Source: the human T2T-CHM13v2.0 reference genome, Homo sapiens. From it: DNA of 64,000 bases. Shown one piece after another: positions 51,917-64,000 of the stretch. The translations under genes were made by a program, and so were the position numbers. The notes below the pieces were generated by a model, which saw nothing but the letters and a program-made list of their open reading frames with translations, was not told the DNA's origin and did no database searches. The stretch lies in NCBI RefSeq assembly GCF_009914755.1, contig NC_060929.1; one strand, given 5' to 3'. How positions within the stretch are numbered: position 1 is the stretch's first letter; the number at the start of each line of letters is the position of its first letter.

Positions 51917-52120
51917 CAGCAGCAGCTGAAAGTTGGCAGGAGCACACTGGCAGTTCCTAGGATCATAGGATATAGGCAGGGCACTGACCACTCCTACAAC
52001 CACCATCTATACACTGATAACTCATAAATGTTTGTGTCCAATCCAGATCTCTCCTAAATGCTTGACTGATATATTCAGCTGCCTGTGGATAACTGGGCAT
52101 CTATCTGCACTTGAATATCT

Positions 52121-52126
52121 AATAAA
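52121..52126 (+). terminator. Candidate distal polyadenylation signal
   Basis: AATAAA with pyrimidine-rich sequence about 35-60 nt downstream. Confidence 0.5.
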
Positions 52127-52336
52127 CGTCTAAAACTTAAAATGACCAAAACCAGTCTTTCTCCCAGAACTTGAATCTCTTCTGTTAATGGCAACTCCAT
52201 TATTCCAATTGCTCAGGCAAAAATTGGCATTATCCTTGATTCTTTATCTTACATCTTATATCTAATTCGTCAGTTTAATACTATGGGTTCAATTTTCAAA
52301 ACATCCGGAATCTGACCATGCCTCACCATTTAAACC

Positions 52337-52679
52337 AGCAGTCCCCAACCATTTTGGCACCAGAGACCGATTTAGTGGAAGACAATTTTTCCATGGACGG
52401 GTGGGGTGAGGGGGATGGTTTCGGGATGAAACTGTTCCATCTCAGATCATCAGGCATTAGTCAGATTCTCATAAGGAGCACGCAACCTAGATCCCTCACG
52501 TGCAAATTCACAATAGAGTTTGCACTCCCGTGAGAATCTAATGCCACCACCAATCTGATAGGAGGTAGAGCTCAGGCGGTAATGCTCCCTCACCTGTCAC
52601 TCACCTCCTGTTGTGCGACTCTGTTCCTAACAGGCTGAGGACAGGTAATGGTCTGCAGCCCGGGGGTTGGGGACCCCTG
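52337..52679 (+). mobile_element. MER1B-like (hAT-Charlie) with 8-bp TSD
   Basis: TIRs cagcagtccccaacc / ggttggggacccctg; at(t/c)taaac on both sides. Confidence 0.8.
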
Positions 52680-53049
52680 ATCTAAACCATCATTGCTCTG
52701 GTCCAAGCCACTGCCATCTCTAACCTGAATAATCTGAGTAACCACGTAACTGCTCCCACTGATTTGGGGCCTGCTCCCTGTAGTTCTCAACACAGCAGCC
52801 AGTGATCTTTTTAAAAAGTAACTCAAGAAAATGTGTTTCTCACAGGGGTGTGGGTTAGCAATTTCGAAATTTTTATGTACATACTAAAGTCAAACAAATA
52901 CATACCTGTGTTGTAGATAATACGAACTGAGTTTCTCACTGTTGGAAAAAGGTGTTTGCATATCAGGAAAGGAGGCCATAAAAAGAACCCCTTGGTGTTG
53001 ATTGAATCCAAAGGATCTGTACAAATTTATAATTTTAATATCTAAAGGA

Positions 53050-57050
<4,001 letters not shown>

Positions 57051-57255
57051 TAAATTGAGTCATGTCACTCCTCTGCTCAAAACCTCCAGTGGCTCCCTAT
57101 GTCACTCATCATGAAATCCTCAGTCCTCTCAATGGCTTACAAGTCTCCATATGCTCTGGACATACTTCTCTGACAGTATCTTCTCCCATGCCTCCCCTCA
57201 CTCCTTCTGGCTTTCCTTGCTAATTCTCAGCACAGTGGGCATTTTCCTGCTTTGG

Positions 57256-57610
57256 TGCTACTATGGTTTGAGTGTATGTTTCCCTCCAAAATTCATACAT
57301 TGGAACTTAATCCCCAAGGTGATGCTATTAAGAAGTGGGGCACTTAAAAGGTGATTAGGCCATGGAGGAATGGGATTCATGACCTCATAAAAGGGCTTGA
57401 GGGAGAAAGTTCTTCCCTTTGGCTCTTCTACCACATGAGGACACAGCAAGAAGGCACCATCTTGGGAGCAGAGAGCAGCCCTCACCAGACACGAATTCTG
57501 CTGGAGCCTTGATCTTGGATTTCCCAACCTCCAGAACTGTAAGCAATAAATTTTTATTATTTATAAATTACTCAGTCTTAGGTGTTCTGTTACAGCAGCA
57601 TGAACAAAAT
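57256..57610 (+). mobile_element. MaLR LTR (MST/MLT1A type)
   Basis: tatggtttgagtg...aaaattcat...ccaacctccagaactgtaagcaataaattt...gttacagcagca. Confidence 0.8.
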
Positions 57611-58034
57611 AAGAAAAGGGCCTTTGCACTTACTTGTGCCTTCAGCTTGGAAATTTCTTCCCCCAAATATCTGCATGGCCACTTCCTCTCATCCTTCAGG
57701 TCTCTGCTCAAATAACACCTTCTCAGTGATGCCTTACGTCACCATCCCATATATAATAGTGTACTCACTCATTCTACCTGCCCTCTTTTTTTTCCCTCTC
57801 CACTGTACTTTTCACGGTCTAACATACTATATATCATGTGTTTGTTCATTATCTCTACCCACTAGAATGTATCTCTAAGAGGGCAGAGACTGTGCTGTTT
57901 TGTTTAGCACCTACACAGTAAGCACTCAATAAACATTTACTTAATGAATGTATGAACTTATCATTGTTATGGGAATTATTTGTAATTATTTGTCTTCCGG
58001 GGCTTGGCGCAGAAATGTATTAGATTAAGTAATA

Positions 58035-58848
58035 GGCCAGGTGCAGTGGCTGATGCCTGTGATTCCAGCACACTGGGAGGCCAAGATAAGAGGATCACTT
58101 GAGCACAGGAGTTCAAGACCAACCTGGGCAACAGGATAAGGTTGTTGCTACTATGGTTTGAGTGGTTATGAAGTGGGAGTTTATGTTCATTCCATTGTTT
58201 TTACTTGGAATTTATATTTTTAATGCAGAGAATTTATAAAAGAGACAAGCAATAAAAGGCAAACATTTATCTTGCACCTCTTTGATCTGGTATTAGTAAA
58301 ACCGTGGTAAGTCTAAAGGTTTAACCCTATCTCTACAAAAAAAAATTAAAAATCAGCCAATGTGTGTGGGCATGATGGTGCCCTGTAGTCCCAGCTACGC
58401 AGGAAGCTGAGGTGGGAGGATCACTTGAACCCAGGGGTTTGAGACTGCAGTGAGCCGTGTTTGCACCATTGCTCCTCAGCCTGGGTGTCAGAGTGAGACC
58501 CCATCTCAAAAAAAATACTAATAAGTAAATAAAATATGTCAGCCAGGCACAGTGGCTCACACCTGTAATCCTAGCACTTCAGGAGTCCAAGGCAGGCAAA
58601 TTGCTTGAGCCCAAGAGTATGAGACCAGCCTGGGCAACATGGTGAAACCTGGTCTCTACAAAAAATACAAAAATTAGCCAGGTGTGGTGGCTCACCTGTA
58701 GTCTCAGCTACTCAGGAGGCTGAGGTGGGAGGATTGCTTGTGCCTGAGAGGCAGAGGTTGCAGTGAGCCAAGATGGTGCCACTGCACTCCAACGTAGGTG
58801 ACAGAGCAAGGCTCTGTCTCAAAAAAAAAAAAAAGAAAAAGAAAAAAA
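58035..58848 (+). mobile_element. AluJ split by a about 190-bp insert (58035-58132 and 58324-58520) followed by a second Alu (58541-58848)
   Basis: Left arm stops at ctgggcaaca and resumes at accctatctctacaaaaa. Confidence 0.8.
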
Positions 58849-59963
58849 GTTATTTCCCTTTTATTTTAGGAATAAGGTACTTACCCTGTACATATCCACA
58901 TACTAGCATGACAGATACCAAAATATTACAATGATTATTATCTCTGGATGCTGGGACTATGGGGCTTTTTATTTTTTTGCATATCTGTACTTTACACAAT
59001 AACATTTTGTGTAATCTTTTTTTAAATGCAGAATACTGACATTGGAGAATGCTCTTCATATATTTTAAGTGAAAAAGGAGTAAAAACTATATAATGTATT
59101 ATCTCATTTTTCTAACAAAATGTAAATGTGCATAGCAAAGATACAGAGGTGTTATAGTGCCAGGGAAAAGGGGTGCAAGACTAGTGTTTGCCTCTTATTT
59201 CTTGTCTTGTTTATAAATTCTCTACATTAAAAATATAAATTCCAAATGAAAACAATGGAATAAACACAAACTCCCACTTTATAACCAACTAAAATGACAG
59301 TAACTGAATTTTCTAAAGTTTTAAACCCACCAAAATGGGAGAAATGGATGACAGCACCAGCGTTTGAAAGGTGGAAAGTGGAGGGACGGTGGGCAGACTA
59401 CTTGGCTGACCCAAGAAAACTGAATCCTAGGCCAGCTGAGACCTATGTTGATTTACAGAATCCCAAGAATGCTCAGGAACTGGGAGAAGACCAAGGACAT
59501 CAGAAGAGAAGGGGGTGAAAATAAGGAAAGTTGTTGAAACTCAGTTTAAGAAACAGTTAGATATCCATTTTTGTTCATCAAAGTCGAGTGACTCTCCTGC
59601 AGCAGGGTTTTCTCCGGATAGGATATCTGGACCAAGAAACACTAGACACAGTAGAGGGCGGTCGAAATATGCTGAAATCAGGAACAGTCAACAGATGCTG
59701 AGGCCCCCACCCCAGCCCTCTCTCCACCCTTGCTGCTGGAATGCTGGAGACAGGGAGAATCTTTTCTGCGCGAGCTGACCTGCCTGCCAAAAAAACGACA
59801 AAGAAACTGCCACAGGAGGTTCCCCAAGTGAAAACAGTCAGCCACCTGCCCTATAGGAAACAGCCCCCTCCCACACAATTACCCTCAGAGATCCCTGTTT
59901 TAACATGTGCAGGCAATCCAGGATTACCTAACGTGCAAGGAAAGCCTATAAGATGGAAAAAAA

Positions 59964-60243
59964 ATTTTTTTTGAGGCAGGGTCTGGCTCTGTCACCCAGG
60001 CTGGAGTGAAGTGGTGTGATCACAACTCACTGCAGCTTCGACTCCTGAGCTCAAGTGATGCTCCCACACAGCCTCCCAAGTAGCTGGGATCACAGGTATG
60101 CACAACCATGCCTGGCTAAGTTTTTTTTATGTTTTGTAGAAGTAAAGTCTCCCTATGTTTCCCAGGCTGGTGTCAAACTCCTGGGCTCAAGCGATCGGCC
60201 CCCCAAAGTGCTGGAATTACAGGGGTGAGCCACCGCGCCCAGT
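59964..60243 (-). mobile_element. AluJ
   Basis: Antisense Alu. Confidence 0.87.
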
Positions 60244-60782
60244 TCAAAACAATTTTTTAAAGAAAACTTGCAGAAAATAAAGATTATGTATGAAAAAGGA
60301 AACTTAGAAGATATCAATGAAACAAGAACATAGTGCTGTTAGCGTGCATGTGCACATGCGCACACACACACAAAGAATCAAATACCCTCAGGAAGATAAA
60401 GCTATGAGAATATCCCAGAGAAGAGAAATTTTTTAAATGGAAAATAGAATAAAAAGAAAATTAAAGGACAAGTCCAAGAGGTATATAGTCAAAAAAAATG
60501 GCAGTTCCAATAAGAGAGAACAAAGAAGAAAAGTCATAAAATGTCCCAATCTAAGTGTGAATACAAAAATATATTATTTTTATAGTAAGTGAGAAAAACA
60601 GGGTGCAAAAGGTGTATATGATGCCACTTCACATGTAGGGACAAGGGAAAATAAGACCATATATTCACAGTTGCTTGTATTTACATAAACTAATAGGATA
60701 CCAAAAAAAAAAAAAAACAACACCTAAGAAAAATAGTTACTTGTGAGGGAAGGTGGAGATTCCACTGAATTTTTTACATACA

Positions 60783-61369
<587 letters not shown>

Positions 61370-61629
61370 TCACAAGAGGAGCAGCAATGCCAGAGGCCCA
61401 TAGAGCACGGATTCCCAGCGCTGCCGTTTTACATAATCAGCCTTCTTGATTTTTAAAATTATCTGCATTCGTAACTTTCCTAAAAATAAAAATCTAAAAA
61501 ATTAAATCCTTTCACTTACAAAAACAACTCTCTCAGGCCTTACTCCTCCTGACTGGGCATCATGTCTTTGCCAACGGAGACCCAGAGTCCAGAGAAACCC
61601 GAAAAAGCAACCCCAGCTTTCCCAGGATG

Positions 61630-62470
61630 AGCTGGTCGGGAGGAAGGGAGGTCCCAATCCCAGCGCTTCGGGGCCAGAGCAAAGCGAAGAGGCTCCCCAT
61701 GGCCATAAGCGGGCGGCCCACGCAGCGCATTGCAGGCAGGTGCGAGCCACATGCGCCAAGTGCCCGGAGCGGCCCTTTGGTAGTTAGTGTTAATTAAAAT
61801 TACCCGCACGGGAGTGGATCCCCGCTGACAATCTAGAAACAAGCAACAGACCCTCTGATGTAGCCATCTGTGCCGCGCCTCTCCGCACCGCCCGCCACGC
61901 CTTGGTCCCTGGAGACCACCCTCCAGGGCAGGGGCTGCCGCTCGGCCGGGCCCGCGGGGTCCCTCGGCCTGACATGGCCGGTGCTGGAGCGGCACGTGCG
62001 CGCCTCGGCCCCTCGGCCGCTCCCGCCCCTCGCCGGTGCGCACCGGCGCTCGGGGAGCCGCTGGCCCGGGTGTCCAGCCGGCCCTTGCCCTGCCTGGCGC
62101 TCGGACCGCCACCTTTGCCGCCCCCTCGCCAGCCTCCGCAGCTTCCAGACTGGCCGGTCTGCGCGCCCACCCCTGCCTCCCGGACCGGCCACCGCCGGAG
62201 GCCGCGGAGGAGGGCCCGGCCGCGCAGATCCCGCTTATCGGGCCCATCTCCCGTTACATAAGGCCACCCCCCTATCTCCGCGGGCCATCGCCGCCGCAAC
62301 CGCCGCGCCAGCGCCTTCTCCCACGCGCGGGGGCGCCCCTGCCCACCGCTCCCGGCAGGGCTTTTGGTGGCCATGGGGGATAAGGGGCGTTGACTCACCC
62401 GGGCGGGGCTCCGGGAGTTGCACAGACCAAGGTAGTTCCCCGCTCCTTCCCCCATCACGGAGACCCTGTG
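61630..62470. promoter_or_regulatory. CpG island 1.5-2.3 kb upstream of IL13
   Basis: Very high GC and CpG density, non-repetitive, GC boxes (e.g. GGGCGGGG at 62401). Confidence 0.9.
62225..62400. promoter_or_regulatory. Conserved GATA3 response element (CGRE)-type cluster
   Basis: CTTATC 62234-62239, TTACATAA (NFIL3/PAR-bZIP) 62254-62261, CTATCT 62272-62277, GATAAG 62379-62384, TGACTCA (AP-1) 62391-62397; position about 1.7 kb upstream of IL13 agrees with the known CGRE. Confidence 0.7.
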
Positions 62471-63177
62471 GGAGATGCCGTGGGCCCTCTACTACAGATT
62501 AGGAAACAGGCCCGTAGAGGGGTCACACGGCCAAGTAGCGGCACTCCAGGCACTGGGGGCCCTCGAGGGGAAGGGGCAGACTTCTGGGAGTCAGAGCCAG
62601 CAGCTGGGCTGGGAAGCTTCGAGTGTGGACAGAGAGGGTGGGAATGACGTTCCCTGTGGGAAGAGAGGGTGGGCAAGCCTGGGATGCCTCTGAGCGGGAA
62701 TCCAGCATGCCTTGTGAGGAGGGTCACAAGCACACCCTTGTGAGGAGGTTGAGCCCCATCGAGGACAGGACGGAGGGAGCCTGAGCAGGCAGAGAGGGGG
62801 CCTGGGGAGGCGCTGGTTCGGGGAGGAAGTGGGTAGGGGAGAAATCTTGACATCAACACCCAACAGGCAAATGCCGTGGCCTCTGCTGTGGGGGTTTCTG
62901 GAGGACTTCTAGGAAAACGAGGGAAGAGCAGGAAAAGGCGACATGGCTGCAGGGGCCAAGCCCAGGAGCCGCCCTCCACAGCACTCATTCTGCAGAAGGG
63001 AAATTTGAGGCCCCCAGACGGCAGGGGTTGATCCTGCAGAGACTGGTGAGCAAAGGGGATCACCCCAAGCCCCAGTGGCACTAGGAACACTTACAATCTC
63101 TGACCTGGACTAAGGCTGCCAGCCTGGCCCAGTTAAGAGTTTCCCAGAAGGATGGCCCATACACTTTAAATTAAAGG

Positions 63178-63291
63178 GGCCAGACACGTGCACACTACTT
63201 CCAGCCACTCTGGAAGCTGAGGTGGGGGGATCGCTTGAGTCTGGGAGTTGGAGGCCAGCCTAGGCAGGCAACATAGTGAGACCCCATCTCC

Positions 63292-63322
<31 letters not shown>

Positions 63323-63325
63323 ACC
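63178..63325 (+). mobile_element. Alu monomer with (CAAAA)n tail in the IL13 upstream region
   Basis: gctgaggtgggggatcgcttgag...caacatagtgagaccccatctc. Confidence 0.75.
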
Positions 63326-63839
63326 AAAAAAGCTCCCAGAAAGACCTCTGAATCTTTCTGGATCTCTCAGTGGAGACCTGGAAATCTGAACTTTGACAAT
63401 CCCTCTCACAGTGGGGCCAAGGAGGAATTAGGCAAGCCAAAAGAAGTGAACTTTACTCTTCTATTGCCTGTTTGAATTTTGTATCCAAGCAAGTGTTACT
63501 TAAGTAATTTAAGAGACTGGTTCATCGAAAAAATAAAACTCCCCAAATTCCCATAGCTGGTAGACTGTGGTCACAGCCACAGTGCACTAAGACTATCTGC
63601 TCAGCACTTCTGGTGACCCAAAAGGGTCTGAGGACAGGAGCTCAGAGTTGGGTCAGCTGTCCAGGTACTCAGGGTTGTCACAGGCAAAACTGCTGGAACT
63701 CAGGGCAGCATTGCAAATGCCACGCCGCTCTCAGGGCCCCTTGCCTGCCGCTGGAATTAAACCCACCCAGATCTTGGAAACTCTGCCCTGGACCCTTCTC
63801 AATAAGTCCATGAGAAATCAAACTCTTTCCTTTATGCGA

Positions 63840-63987
63840 CACTGGATTTTCCACAAAGTAAAATCAAGATGAGTAAAGATGTGGTTTCTAGATAGTGCCT
63901 GAAAAAGCAGAGACCATGGTGTCAGGCGTCACCACTTGGGCCTATAAAAGCTGCCACAAGACGCCAAGGCCACAAGCCACCCAGCCT
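63840..63987 (+). promoter_or_regulatory. IL13: IL13 proximal promoter and 5' UTR
   Basis: TATAAAA 63943-63949; AGATAG (GATA) 63890-63895; TGTGGTT (RUNX) 63880-63886; TGAGTAA (AP-1-like) 63870-63876; TTTTCC (NFAT, minus strand) 63847-63852. Confidence 0.88.
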
Positions 63988-64000
63988 ATGCATCCGCTCC
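63988..64000 (+). CDS. IL13: IL13 coding start (MHPL..., runs off the window)
   Basis: ATG CAT CCG CTC 45 nt downstream of a TATA box; matches the recalled N-terminus of human IL-13 (MHPLLNPLLL...) and the known RAD50-IL13 gene order. Confidence 0.9.

Noticed and set aside
60342-60372. Alternating purine-pyrimidine tract with palindrome gcatgtgcacatgc (Z-DNA candidate)
   Set aside because: Ordinary degenerate (CA)n microsatellite
61502-63090. Several overlapping 115-235 aa ORFs on both strands
   Set aside because: Pro/Gly/Arg/Ala-rich, in many frames at once; expected from stop-codon depletion in a CpG island; no recognisable domain

Overview
Human genomic DNA from the well-studied chr5q31 TH2 cytokine locus. 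The + strand carries the last 14 coding exons of RAD50 (exons 12-25 when counted back from the terminal exon; 2146 nt of CDS that splice into one open frame ending at TAA 48164-48166). These encode the CXXC zinc hook, the return coiled coil and the C-terminal ABC-ATPase lobe. The gene is followed by a long repeat-rich 3' UTR, about 10 kb of repeat-dense intergenic DNA, a CpG island with the GATA3-response element, and the IL13 promoter and start codon at the very end. Introns 21-24 host the TH2 locus control region (from recalled knowledge, supported here by GATA/STAT/RUNX/ETS motif clusters). Almost all other ORFs in the track are Alu/L1/GC-content artefacts. I see no wholly new gene system. 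The most unusual sequence-level signals are splice-site oddities at the 3' end of RAD50: a perfect 30-bp tandem duplication that creates two identical exon-24 donors (the second yields an NMD-escaping truncation), a GC donor with a competing frameshifting GT 4 nt away, and an in-frame cryptic acceptor before exon 21. There is also a pristine AluYa5 in intron 21 and an inverted Alu pair in the extended 3' UTR. Repeat boundaries and subfamily calls are by eye and approximate.
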